This document shows positions 37,868 to 50,047 of a DNA stretch of 64,000 nucleotides, in pieces (position 1 is the stretch's first letter; every line of letters begins with the position of its first letter). The notes under the pieces were generated by a model. The model searched no databases. It saw only the letters and a list, made by a program, of their open reading frames with translations, and was not told the DNA's origin. The position numbers and the translations under genes were made by a program. This DNA is from Octopus sinensis (Eukaryota), in NCBI RefSeq assembly GCF_006345805.1, contig NC_043014.1, forward strand, positions 39,556,001-39,620,000, in the 5' to 3' direction.

Positions 37868-38212
37868 ATTTAAATAATAAGGGTGAAAAATTGAATATTA
37901 ATTTGATTAATATCAATTTAAAACCAGTGGCCTAGCATATTGAAAAATCTGAAGATTCAGAAAAATTATATTACATACATATAAGCGGGATGACACTACG
38001 TGGATATCCATTATGCTAGAAGTAGACCCCCTATGGTCTTACCACTAAGAAAAGATTGTTCTCATGAAAATTCAGCCCTTGAGTTTGCTGCTCACCCCGG
38101 GCCCGCCCGCAAGCCTATAAAGGCTTATATCACCGTGATCACCGTGACCGACCAGGCTATCAGATGTTGCTACACATCGTTGGTCACAATGCGCTTCGCA
38201 TTCTTTTGGCCT
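37868..38212. mobile_element. (TA)n-associated repeat, probably Penelope-derived; second copy 39018-39332
   Basis: Two ~320-340-bp direct copies starting TTAAATAATAAGGGTGAAAAATTG; similar start at 57510. Confidence 0.6.
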
Positions 38213-38438
38213 TCAAATGACGCCACCCCGCTGGCTAAGCGAGCAGGCCAACAGAAGAAAGAATGAGAGAAAGTTGTGGCGAAAGAGTACAGCAGAGATC
38301 GCCACCACACCCTGCCGGAGCTCGTGGAGCTTTAGGTGGTTTCACTCAATAAACACTCACAACGCCCGGTCTGGGAATCGAAACTGCGATCCTACGACCG
38401 CGAGTCCGCTGCCCTAACCACTGGTCCATTGCGCCTCC
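38195..38438 (-). mobile_element. SINE-E variant with a different tail
   Basis: Same head and body as 8891-9188. Confidence 0.7.
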
Positions 38439-39753
38439 ACATAAAGGCTTGTATAGCAGTCCCAAAGTGCTGCGCCTCATAAAAGCGTCGTCCGGGGCGA
38501 ACCGCCTCTCCCTGTCACTGGCTACATTACTGAGGTGACCAGTTAGGACATAGGATCAAAATCCACTGTAGTCCTGGTAGAAAATGGAAGAACGAGGGCT
38601 GTGTTGGTGTGTGATTTCATGGAAATTATTCGAGTGGATTTTGTATTTTCTGGATGTCGTCTAACATGTCCGTGTAAGCAGCAACAGCAGCAGCAGCAGT
38701 AGCGGCAACGGCTGCGGCGGCCCAGACGTGGAAGTAGTGTTCCGTTTTTTTGTCGCTTGAGGTTTGCAAAGAATTAGAAACTACTGGGAACTGATGTATT
38801 TTCTGACCCTGAAGGCCAGTCTTCGGATTGCATGTCTGCTATGTTATAAAAATGAGATCGCCAATAATGCCGTTTTAAGGCATAGACACAGTGGACAATT
38901 GCCCAGTGGCCTCAACATCTAGGAGTCCAATTCTGATATATGAATGTTGTGGATGGCAGTCGATATGTAAGCACAATAGAGCTCAGTACATTTGTTTGTT
39001 TATGGGCCTATATATAAACTTAAATAATAAGGGTGAAAAATTGAATATTAATTTGATTCATATCAATTTAAAACCAGTGGCCTAACATATTGAAAAATCT
39101 GAAGATTCAGAAAAATTATATTACATACATATAAGCGGGATGACCACTAAGTGGACATCCATTATGCTAGAAGTAGACCACCTATGGTCTTACCACTTAG
39201 AAAAGATTGTTCTCAAGAAAATTCAGCCCTTGAGCTTGCTACTCACCCCGGGCCACACGCAAGCCTATAAAGGCTTATATCACCGTGACCGACCAGGCTA
39301 TCAGATGTTGCTACACATCGTTGGTCACAACGCAAAGACAACCCCGATCGCTAGGAAAGTTCATTAGTAGTTATAGTAGTATAGCGACTTTGAAGGTTTT
39401 AGTAACGTATTGTCCGTGACGGGGGTGGGTAAGTACAACCATGTCTCAATATGAGCAGTGACTGTATCTTTGTGCTGTTGAGGGAGACAATATTGAGATG
39501 GCACCCCAACTAGAGAATGTCTTCGATGTCTCTGTTCAGAGAGACAGTGCAAGTTTTGGCGAGAAGTGTCCAGGTTGCGTATGGATGACGCTTGCGCGTG
39601 GAAAGTCATCGACCAAACTCTTAAAAGCGAAGGTCCACTCTTGAGTGATATTGATAAACAATATCTTTAATAGATATCGCTCCACAGAAACCGTATTGGT
39701 GATCAGAGAAAACAAAAGGAAGTTCAAACCGTCGGAGAAGGTATTAACGACTC

Positions 39754-40350
39754 CGGCGAGCTGGCAGAAACGTTAGCACGCTGGACGAAATGCTTAGCGG
39801 TATTTCGTCCGCCGCTACGTTCTGAGTTCAAATTCCGCCGAGGTCGACTTTGCCTTTCATCCTTTCGGGATCGATAAATTAAGTACCAGTTACGCACTGA
39901 AGTCGATGTAATCGATTTAATCCGTTTGTCTGTCCTTGTTTGTCCCCTCTGTGTTTAGCCCCTTGTGGGCAATAAAAAAATAGGTATTTCATCCGCCGCT
40001 ACGTTCTGAGTTCAAATTCCGCCGAGGTCGACTTTGCCTTTCATCCTTTCGGGATCGATAAATTAAGTACCAGTTACGCACTGAAGTCGATGTAATCGAT
40101 TTAATCCGTTTGTCTGTCCTTGTTTGTCCCCTCTGTGTTTAGCCCCTTGTGGGTAGTAAAGAAATAGGTATTTCATCTGCCGCTACGTTCTGAGTTCAAA
40201 TTCCACCGAGGTCAACTTTGCCTTTCATCCTTTCGGGGTCGATAAATTAAGCACCAGTTATGCACTGGGGTCGATGTAATCGACTTAATACCTATGTCTG
40301 TCCTTGTTTGTCCCCTCTATGTTTAGCCCCTTGTGGGTAATAAAGAAATC
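39754..40350 (+). mobile_element. SINE-B head-unit-unit-unit trimer with 14-bp TSD
   Basis: TSD GGTATTAACGACTC at 39740-39753 and 40351-40364; junctions AATAGGTATTTC near 39983 and 40167. Confidence 0.92.
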
Positions 40351-40777
40351 GGTATTAACGACTCGATTGTCTCCACTCCATTTGAAATGGTGGAAATGAG
40401 AACGATAGTTCGTTAGTGTTATGTCGCACAATACTACACAGTGGCTGTGTGTGCTTCGAAATCCTCGTCGACACTGTTATGTCGCACGTTCGGATGCCTT
40501 CTACTCTACTACTCTACTGTTCTCTAGTCTACTCTGTTCTACCGACATCTAGGCTTCTCCCGCTATATCTACGTATTGGGCTAGCCTACTTCATCGTCTG
40601 GGGGCGTCCACACAACAGTTAGTTAAGAGGGTTCGTAAAGGTTGCCCTTGTTGGGAGAGACACAATAATGTTAACAAAGATCACGATCCATGCATGTGAA
40701 AAGGGTGAGAGAATGGAGGATTAAATAACTTGGCGAAGATAGCAGGTACCTCTGGAACGTGTTGTTTGAAGGTAATG

Positions 40778-41003
40778 TCGAGCTGGCAGAAACGTTAGCA
40801 CGCCGGCCGAAATGCTTAACGGTATTTTGTCTGCCGCTATGTTCTGAGTTCAAATCCCGCCAAGGTCGACTTTGCCTTTCATCCTTTCAGGGTCGATAAA
40901 TTAAGCACTAGTTATGCACTGGGGTCGATGTAATCGACTTAATACCTACGTCTGTCCTTGTTTGTCCCCTCTATGTTTAGCCTCCTGTGGGTAATAAAGA
41001 AAT
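40778..41003 (+). mobile_element. SINE-B monomer
   Basis: TSD AGGTAATG at 40770-40777 and 41004-41011. Confidence 0.9.
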
Positions 41004-41364
41004 AGGTAATGGGACACTGGATGGGACACTGTCATAGCAAATGGTTTTACTGGTCTAAAGTATCTGGAAGTGTTTTTGTATTTGGTGAGTATGTGTACGT
41101 GGTGATGGATCTAATGGAACGGAGGAAGTAAGTATTGGAACAGTTTTACCACGTGTGTAGCGTGGAGTTAAATGCAAAATAGATAACAAGCGGAAGTTTT
41201 CTCTACAAGAGTATCGGTTAGTGAGGCGTCATTTTTGAAAAGCTAGGAGTAATAAAAACATCGCAAAATTGGTTGCGTTCCTTTCGACAAGGAACCAGAA
41301 GGATCGCTTGCAATTTGGGAGGTGAGAGTGTTTGAGGGCTGTGTAAGGAATGAAGGTATCATCT

Positions 41365-41493
41365 GCGTTTCATCCTTTTGGGGTCGATTAAATAAGTACC
41401 TGTTACGCACTGGGGTCGATATAATCGACTTAATCCGTTGTCTGTCTTTGTTTGTCCTCTCTGTATTTAGCCCCTTGTGGGTAGTAAAGAAAT
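41365..41493 (+). mobile_element. 5'-truncated SINE-B
   Basis: Imperfect 18-bp TSD at 41354-41371 and 41494-41511. Confidence 0.85.
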
Positions 41494-41811
41494 AGATATC
41501 ATCTGTGTTTCGAATATTGGAATTACAGTGGTGGGTCAAAGCTGTCCAGTTTATAAAGATGGAAGTGTTTTTTTTTTTTGTCTCTTTCAAACGTTGTCGA
41601 ACGTGTTCTTAGCTTAATCTAATTTACTTCAGTCACGAGTGTTTTTCACTTGCAGGGAACGGGAAGAAGGATGACTTGTTTTGGTCGTGCGTGGGATGTT
41701 GAGAAACATACCAAAGAAGATGACTTCAGTCACCTGCTTAGCTATCAGCTATCTCAGATGATTCAGGAGTGGACTGCAAATAACGATGCCTGTAGGAGTG
41801 TCCGCGCACGC

Positions 41812-41869
<58 letters not shown>

Positions 41870-42067
41870 GTGTGTGTGTGTCTGTGGTTGTGTGTGTGTG
41901 TATGTGTTTGTGTGTGTGTAAATATAAGTGAAGGCACATGGCCTAGGGGTTAGAGTGTTCGACTCAATGTCATAATGTCGTGGGTTCGATGACGAGCAAA
42001 GCACTTCATGACACTACACTGCTCCACTTTCATCAGCTGAAAGCGAGTTTTAACCCTTGTACTGATA

Positions 42068-42186
<119 letters not shown>

Positions 42187-42499
42187 AGATGTTGCATCGT
42201 TCATGTGACAGCTGGGTCAGAGGGTGAGAGAGTCGAACGGGGTATCTATATCTTTTTGCGACTTCACAGGCACCTAAAACTAGCGAAAGCATGGTATACG
42301 CTACTAAGAAGTACTTGTTTGCAGGTGACGACAAGGTTCTAACATGCGCACGCGCATACACACACACACACAAACACATGTACATGTGTTAGTGTGTGTG
42401 TGTGTAAACATATATGTATGTGTATGAATGTATGTATGCATGCATGTATGTATGTATGTATGTATTTATGTATGTATGTATGTATGTAAGTATGTATGT

Positions 42500-42915
42500 T
42501 TACTCTTTTACTCTTTTACTCTTTTACTTGTTTCAGTCATTTGACTGCGGCCATGCTGGAGCACCGCCTTTAATCGAACAACTCGACCCCGGGACTTATT
42601 CTTTGTAAGCCCAGTACTTATTCTATCGGTCTCTTTTGCCGAACCGCTAAGTGACGAGGACATAAACACGCCATCATCGGTTGTCAAGCGATGTTGGATG
42701 GGACAAACATATACACACACATATATATATATATATATATACATACATATATACGACGGGCTTCTTTCAGTTTCCGTCTACCAAATCCACTCACAAGGCT
42801 TTGGTCGGCCCGAGGCTATAGTAGAAGACACTTGCCCAAGGTGCCACGCAGTGGGACTGAACCCGGAACCATGTAGTTGGTAAACAAGCTACTTACCACA
42901 CAGCCACTCATTTAT
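42500..42915 (-). mobile_element. SINE-A, full length
   Basis: Family match. Confidence 0.88.
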
Positions 42916-43064
42916 GTATGTATGTATGTATGTATGTATGTATGTATGTATGTATGTATGTATGTATGTATGTATGTATTTAGGATCGAGATAGCTACAG
43001 CTTCCTCTGTCATCCGTAGTGGAGGAATTTAAAGTAGCAAAATGTAATGTTGTAATGATGTACA

Positions 43065-43570
43065 GAGACTCAAAGGACAAGCTTGTCAGCCATGCAGTTA
43101 TTATTACAAGGTCTGGGCGAAAGAGGGTTGCTAGCGCTGCAGTTGCTCAGGCCAAAGGGATGCTGGAGCTATGCGACATCACTGGAGTTACATGAAAGGG
43201 TCGCCGGAGTCTTGGTTCTTCCAATTTCCAACAATGGAAGAAAGCAGACACCAGAGAGAGGCTGGCTATGGCCCAGGAAGTAGTGCGGTACCAGGAGGAA
43301 GAAAGAAGAAAATAAAGAGCTGTAGAGTTGGTACCTCGGGGTGCGTGGACTAAATGGGACCTCCCTAAGAGGAAGGTCGCGTTGACTGACCTGTTGAGGC
43401 TGGAACCTTTTCGCATCTCCTTCCTGCTGCGGTCGGCCTACGACACACTCCCGACGCCAACAAACCTGCACAGACGGGGTTTGAGGGAAACCCAGCTGTG
43501 TAGACTTTGTGGGGAAAGAGGCACTCTGGCACACATCTTGGCAGGGTGCAGAATAACATCTTCTCAAGCA
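43065..43570 (+). pseudogene. HERO-clade (RLE-type) non-LTR retrotransposon fragment
   Basis: DSKDKLV...TRSGRK...GRRSLG...EEERR...GAWTKW...EPFRISFLLRSAYDTLPTPTNL...CRLCGERGTLAHILAGC: the post-RT region and zinc knuckle typical of HERO elements; cut off by a microsatellite. Confidence 0.75.
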
Positions 43571-43579
43571 TACATACAA

Positions 43580-43614
<35 letters not shown>

Positions 43615-43877
43615 CATACATAAGTACACACACATACACATACACATACCTACATACATACATGAATACATACATATATACATACATAATACACATACCT
43701 ACTTATCTACCTACCTACATACCTACTTGCATACCTACATACATAACATACATACATACATACATACATACATACACACATATATACATACATACATATG
43801 TATATATATTATATATACATACGTATGAGTATACACACACACATACACCACATACACACACACACACATACATACAC

Positions 43878-43914
<37 letters not shown>

Positions 43915-43990
43915 TCAACAGTCGTGTGTTTCGCATGTTGGCACGAAACTCTCGGCCCTTCACTTTGTAACTTCTGTCGATTATTAATAA

Positions 43991-44628
43991 TACGAGGGGT
44001 ATTCATTAAAGATTTCCCTTGGTCCACTTCCCAAGGACTGGGATAAACGAAGCTTGGCATAATTATTAGTCCTTCTCTCCATAGCCATCACCAATAATGA
44101 CACACTTACCCCATCGTTTGATGCAGCTCTGAAGACCTCGTCTGTAGAAGTCGGTAGGTTGCGTCGGGAGCCAAGACTTTACCTCGGAAATAGGTTCATC
44201 ATCACTTAAAAAGTGCTTCTCCTTCAAAAAAGACTTCTTGGTTGGAAAGGGGTGGAAGTCATTTGGTGCGAGGTCGGGAGAGTAAGGAGGAAGAGGAAGG
44301 ATTTCATAGCTGCAGGAGTGTGCTTTCATCTGGGCAACATGCGCATTGTGAACTGGAGTGCTGTCTTTGGTCAGCATTTCACGCCTCTCTGCTTTGATGG
44401 CATCCCGCAATTTCTGCAGCAGAGAAGCAGAATATACCCTGTTAATTGTGGTGCCCTTTGCCGGAAAATCTATCATCACTACTCCTCTCTAGTCCCAAAA
44501 GACTCTAAACATCATCTTGCCTGCTGAGGGTTGGGTAAGAGTCTTCTTTGGAGGTGGTGAGTTATCATGCTTCCATTGCTTCGACTGGACTTTAGTCTCA
44601 GGGTCATAGTGATGGACCCATACTCTCT

Positions 44629-44671
<43 letters not shown>

Positions 44672-44873
44672 TTTACTCTTATACTTGTTTCAGTCATTTG
44701 ACTGCGGCCATGCTGGAGCACCGCCTTTAGTCGAGCAACTCGACCCCAGGACGTATTCTTTGTAAGCCTAGTACTTATTCTATCGGTCTCTTTTGCCGAA
44801 CCACTAAGTGATGGGGACATAAACACACCAGAATCGGCTGTCAAGCGATGTTGGGGGGACAAACACACACACA

Positions 44874-44943
<70 letters not shown>

Positions 44944-45740
44944 CATATATACGACGGGCTTCTTTCAGTTTCCGTCTACCAAATCCACTCACAAGGCTTT
45001 GGTCGGCCCGAGGCTATGGTAGAAGACATTTTCCCAAGGTGCCACGCAGTGGGACTGAACCCGGAACCATGTGGTTGGTAAACAAGCTACTTACCACACA
45101 GCCACTCCTACGCCTATGTTTCATCCTGTATGATAAGTCTGCTGAAAAAGTCCTCGTTTTCTTGGCACATTGCCAAAAGAGCCTGGGAGCAATTGACTCG
45201 TTCCTGCTTCTGAAAATGTGTGAGCATCCGGGCAATCTATCGTGCCGACAACTTCTGCATATGTAAATGGTCGTGAATGATATTATTCCACGGACCCTAC
45301 GCTTATCTTCGCTTCTTGGGCTAGTTGCCGGACAATTATACGTCTTCCACTTTATGGATGGTATCATCATCAATAGTGGAATTTGGTCGTCCAGGAATAG
45401 GAACAGTTCTACTGATATCCAACTACATTTGAACTAGTGATGCCAGTGCTTGACTATGCCGTATGATGGTGCCTGATCACCATAAACTTCTTTCATCTCA
45501 TCGATAGTCTCTTTTGGTGTACAACCTTTCAAACATAAGAACCTGATCACCGATCTGCATTCAACTGCCTCCATTATAACATCTTAGACCACTTCAGCAG
45601 CCGTAAAAGACAAACGAATATAAGTGGAAAGCTGCAATTTACAATGTAACATGTAGAGGCATCTATAATTATACCTGTACAAGTTCAGCTTCCTGCAATA
45701 ACCGTGAGTCAGAGAAAATCTTTAACGAACGCCCCTCGTA
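43991..45740 (-). mobile_element. Full-length mariner (irritans-like) disrupted by a SINE-A
   Basis: TA-bounded TIRs TACGAGGGGTATTCATTAAAGATTT / AAATCTTTAACGAACGCCCCTCGTA; ATG at 45574 (MEAVECRSVIRFL); DET|WVHHYDPE split at 44620/45115; YSPDLAPND; stop at 44066. Confidence 0.92.
44621..45114 (-). mobile_element. SINE-A inserted in the mariner transposase
   Basis: Full SINE-A with a (GA)n-extended tail. Confidence 0.9.
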
Positions 45741-45787
45741 TATACACTCATGTTTTGAACTCTTTCTTATTTGCATCACCAAACACA

Positions 45788-45908
<121 letters not shown>

Positions 45909-45960
45909 CTATATATGTATGTATGTATGTATAAGGTGAAAAGGAACACACGAGTTGATA

Positions 45961-46070
45961 TATATGAAAAAACAAGTCAAAATAGAAAATGCTAAATTTT
46001 TATAAAGAACATTTCAGTGTTCTTTATAAAATTATTTAGCATTTTCTATTTTGACTTGTTTTTTCATATA
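45961..46070. repeat. Fold-back palindrome (~50-bp arms, 6-nt loop) in a (TA)n-embedded element
   Basis: AAAAAACAAGTCAAAATAGAAAATGCTAAA...AAAGAACA TTTCAG TGTTCTTT...TTTAGCATTTTCTATTTTGACTTGTTTTTT. Confidence 0.9.
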
Positions 46071-46306
46071 TATATATATATACATATATACACTCACATA
46101 TATTGCAGATTTCAAGCCACGACATAGCAACGACTTGATCGTGTGTGCAACCGAGCGTGCAACTCCAACCAGAAGTCAGACATAACGTGAATGATGATTC
46201 TGGAAGGCTCTGGAACATTTCGCCTACAGATTCGATTTTGAGTGCCAATTCACAGAGTGTTGTAGGCGTCGGGTCTCCACTCTTGCCAAGATTGCATGCT
46301 TAAACC

Positions 46307-46535
46307 GACGAGCTGGCAGAGACGTTAGCACGCCGGGAGAAATGCTTAGCGGAATTTCGTCTGCCGCTACGTTCTGAGTTCAAATTCCGCTGAGGTCGAC
46401 TTTGCCTTTCATCCTTTCGGGGTCGATAATTTAAGTACCAGTTACGCACTGGAGTCGATGTAATCGACTTAATCCCTTTGTACGTCCTTGTTTGTCCCCT
46501 CTACGTTTAGCCCCTTGTGGGCTATAAAGAAATAT
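46307..46535 (+). mobile_element. SINE-B monomer
   Basis: 17-bp TSD GATTGCATGCTTAAACC at 46290-46306 and 46536-46552. Confidence 0.9.
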
Positions 46536-46991
46536 GATTGCATGCTTAAACCATTATGCAATTTATGATGGTAGACATGAAGAGGCGCATGTGTGTGTAT
46601 GTGTGTGTAATTTAATTTTGATATCTAGCTGCTTTGCATGTTACATTATATTTCTTTCATCTTGTTGGCTCTACCTGTAGAGTCAATGCCCGACCAAATT
46701 CGTATGACATGTGCGGCGATAATAAAACAGCTTAACCCTATGTTTAGGGTTGTGAAACCATCGCACGTAGTTTCCACAAACACCGACCAACAACTCATAC
46801 CAACAACATTCGTACAACACACCCAAGTTATAGTTCAGAAATGGTTAACGAAACTCAGTTACTACTCTTCTGCCTCTCCGAAAACTAACCAAAACTGGAC
46901 CTAACCAAAGCAAATACAACCCATACTAAAACCGAAATGATAACATCTCAATCCTAGACCGACGTGAAATCTACTCGACAATTCTCCTTCT

Positions 46992-47498
46992 GGCTAACTT
47001 CGGTATAGATACCGGAAGTACTTGATACATTTCAAGAAAGTGTTTTATATATATATATGGGGGGGGTTAGGGTTTGTGTTAGGGTTAGGGTTAGGGTTAA
47101 GGTTAGGGTTAGGGGTGGAAGAAAAAGGGGATCTTTTCCTTTTGAACGGCACATGTCAACACAATTTCTAGTTAACTAAACACTTTAAAACTTCGTATAC
47201 TGGTAGAATGTGTCAAAATAAAACACTTTTTTTCTCTTGATTTTCTTGAGAAAATTGTAATTTGTAAGTTTAACGTAGTTTAATTTTTCGAATTTTAACC
47301 AATGAATCGCCTCTATTTAGCTAAAATCATTTGCTGCGTCTAAAACTGAGACAACATCCTGTCATTAACCCTAACCCTAGAAATTGTGTTGACATGTGCC
47401 GTTCAAAAGGAAAAGATCCGAAAAAGGGCTTCTGTTATCTTCAGAAATGTAAACAAAGCCACTTCCGGCACTTACGGTATCTATACCGAAGGATCGCC
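46992..47498. mobile_element. Merlin-like MITE containing (TTAGGG)n, host of a nested MITE
   Basis: 8-bp TSD CTCCTTCT (46984-46991, 47499-47506); GGC termini; inverted CTTCGGTATAGATACCG; telomere-type repeats at 47066-47113. Confidence 0.75.
47129..47419. mobile_element. Nested Merlin-like MITE
   Basis: 43-bp perfect TIR beginning GGATCTTTTCCTTTTGAACGGC; 8-bp TSD GAAAAAGG (47121-47128, 47420-47427). Confidence 0.88.
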
Positions 47499-47884
47499 CT
47501 CCTTCTTCATCTCAAATATTCATAGGCACAAATTCAAACTAGACCTCGCTCATTACTTCCGACTGACACCTATCCTACACATGTTCGTATCTGAGGTACG
47601 CATGCACTGCGCTTATTCGCAAAATTATTGGTGCATTAACAGTGTATTATTATGGTGTTACTATGCGCTATACAATACATGTCTACAACCTCAGTTTCCA
47701 CTGTGTGTAGACAGACGTAAACAACATCTGTCTACAAAACAGTGTCGACTAAAAATCTATACCTTTATTCCGTAGTATATCTTGCATTTATGTCACCGTG
47801 TGATGTAAGTGCACGCCCGTAAAAGTTCGAATGCGTGAAGGTGTGTATGTACACACACACAACACACACACACAGGTATATATT

Positions 47885-48115
47885 TTTCTTTACTACCAAC
47901 AACGGGCTAAACATAGAGAGGACAAACAAGGACAGACATAGGTATTAAGTCGATTACATCGACCCCAGTGCGTAACTGGTACTTAATTTATCGACCCCGA
48001 AAGGATGAAAGGTAAAGTCGACCTCGGCGGAATTTGAACTCCGAGCATAACGACAGGCGAAATACGGCTATGCATTTCGCCCGGCGTGCTAACGTTTCTG
48101 CCAGCTCGCCGCTTT
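47885..48115 (-). mobile_element. SINE-B monomer
   Basis: Family match. Confidence 0.88.
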
Positions 48116-48332
48116 ATACACACACCACACATATATATATTTAGTTTTTCTTGGAGGGCTGGCCGTGATCTAGTAATCTCAAATATTAATCAGCCGAAAT
48201 TACTACGATGAGCCGGTTCTTGACTGAAGACTGAGGGTTTCGTCGAATGTCCTTTCCGTGTTTATTGTATCGTCTTCTAAGAGTTATACGTTCTTGTCCA
48301 TGTTTTTTATTTTTCTACATACCTTAATATAT

Positions 48333-48364
<32 letters not shown>

Positions 48365-48445
48365 CACACACACCACACACGTAGATATATACATAGATAC
48401 ATATGCATGTATAGCTTTACTCGCATAAATACTGCATACACACAC

Positions 48446-48509
<64 letters not shown>

Positions 48510-48769
48510 TATTATATATATATAATAGCGAAGTATATTTGCACTTAAATGTGGCTAACTCTTATGGGTCAGTCACATTAAGTGACAAATATACTTCACA
48601 TTGTCGTGCAGCTACTGTTTATACCTCGCTCAGAGATTTATTATTGCTTATATATACACATATATATAAGAAATAGTGGCACAACAAGGCACCAGTGTTT
48701 GCTGGAAATAGCAGTCGATAACAGTACGATGCTATGTAAAGCTTCACTGAATGTATACAGGCAAAGTAT

Positions 48770-48981
48770 TCTTTTATTTGTTTCAGTCATTTGACTGCGG
48801 CCATGCTGGAGCGCCGCCTTTAGTCGAAAAATCGACCCCAGGACTTATTCTTTGTAAGCCTAGTACTTATTCTATTGGTCTCTTTGGCCGAAACGTTAAG
48901 TTACGGGGACGTAAATACACTAACATCGGTTGTCAAACGATGGTGGGGGAACACAGACACAGATATATATATATATATATC

Positions 48982-49014
<33 letters not shown>

Positions 49015-49375
49015 TATATATATAAGAAACAAGAAGAAGAAGAAACAGATTCATTTCGATCAGTATATTGGATAACTGATATCCATAGTGGGTTACTTTC
49101 ATAACCCCTATCTTACTTTGTGTGGTATATAAATATATATACACACACACACACACACACATACACACCACACACACACACACACATATATAAATATATA
49201 TATATATTTATACGACGGGCTTCTTTTTTAGTTTCTGTCAACCAAATCCACTCACAAGGCTTTGGTCGGCCCGAGGCTATAGTAGAGACACTTTCCCAAG
49301 GTACCAGGCAGTGGGACTTCTGGTTGGGAAGCAAACCTCTTACCACAGAGCCACGCCTGCGCCCTGCGCCTAATT
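48770..49375 (-). mobile_element. SINE-A split at its internal (TA)n by a ~100-bp insert
   Basis: Insert 49025-49125 is homologous to 22425-22600. Confidence 0.8.
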
Positions 49376-49381
49376 TACATA

Positions 49382-49427
<46 letters not shown>

Positions 49428-49943
49428 TACACACACCATACGCTCACACACATATGTTTATATATTTATTTTGCAAGATTCCTATGAAATGGTGTGTTGA
49501 AACAGATATTGTATAATATTTGGTGATGGTCTCTTTTTCCTTTTGTTATTTAACCACGCGCAGTATATACCCGTTATATACTTCAGGTTTATTATTGTTC
49601 TTATTTTAGCGTCCTTTGTCCGAGATATTTCGTCACACGTCCTGTGACCTCTTCCATGACGCTCCATCCCAAGTGTGACCTCCTGAGAGAACAAGTGGAG
49701 ACGTTTAGGATGGAGAGCCGTTGAAGTGGTTCCAGGAGGTGTGACGAAAGACTTCAGACAAAGGACACTAAAATGATGATGATGATGATAATGATGATGA
49801 TAATAATAAAGCTGAAGTGAATAACGAGTATATACTGCGTGTGGTTAATTGGCAATAAAGACCATCCCCTAGCATAATACACACACACAACACACACACA
49901 CACACACACACACAACACACCACACACACATACATATATATAT

Positions 49944-50010
<67 letters not shown>

Positions 50011-50047
50011 AAAAAGGAGATGTGGAACACGAGTTGTGTATATAAAA

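Larger units (their letters stand above)
38860..41350 (+). pseudogene. Heavily decayed Tx1/L1-like ORF2 fossil interrupted by younger repeats
   Basis: Collinear degenerate motifs by eye: I*ESNSD (LQETHSD-like), SDF (GDFN-like), SDC...WHPN...FRETV, YVLGL..LLHRL, RVRKGCP, LKYLEVF, KRKFSL. Confidence 0.45.
46640..47620 (+). pseudogene. Possible decayed CR1/L2-like LINE 3' remnant hosting the MITEs
   Basis: Weak motifs: VQKWLTKLSY, LTKLDL, HKFKLDL. Confidence 0.3.

Noticed and set aside
39754-40350. CRISPR-like appearance of regularly repeated units
   Set aside because: Units are ~185-bp SINE bodies with no unique spacers and no cas genes; the DNA is eukaryotic.
48140-48330. Hammerhead in this (TA)n-embedded element (TAGTAATC...GAAATTACTA)
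   Set aside because: A stem III can be drawn, but there is no room for stem I and core, and alternative pairings fail.
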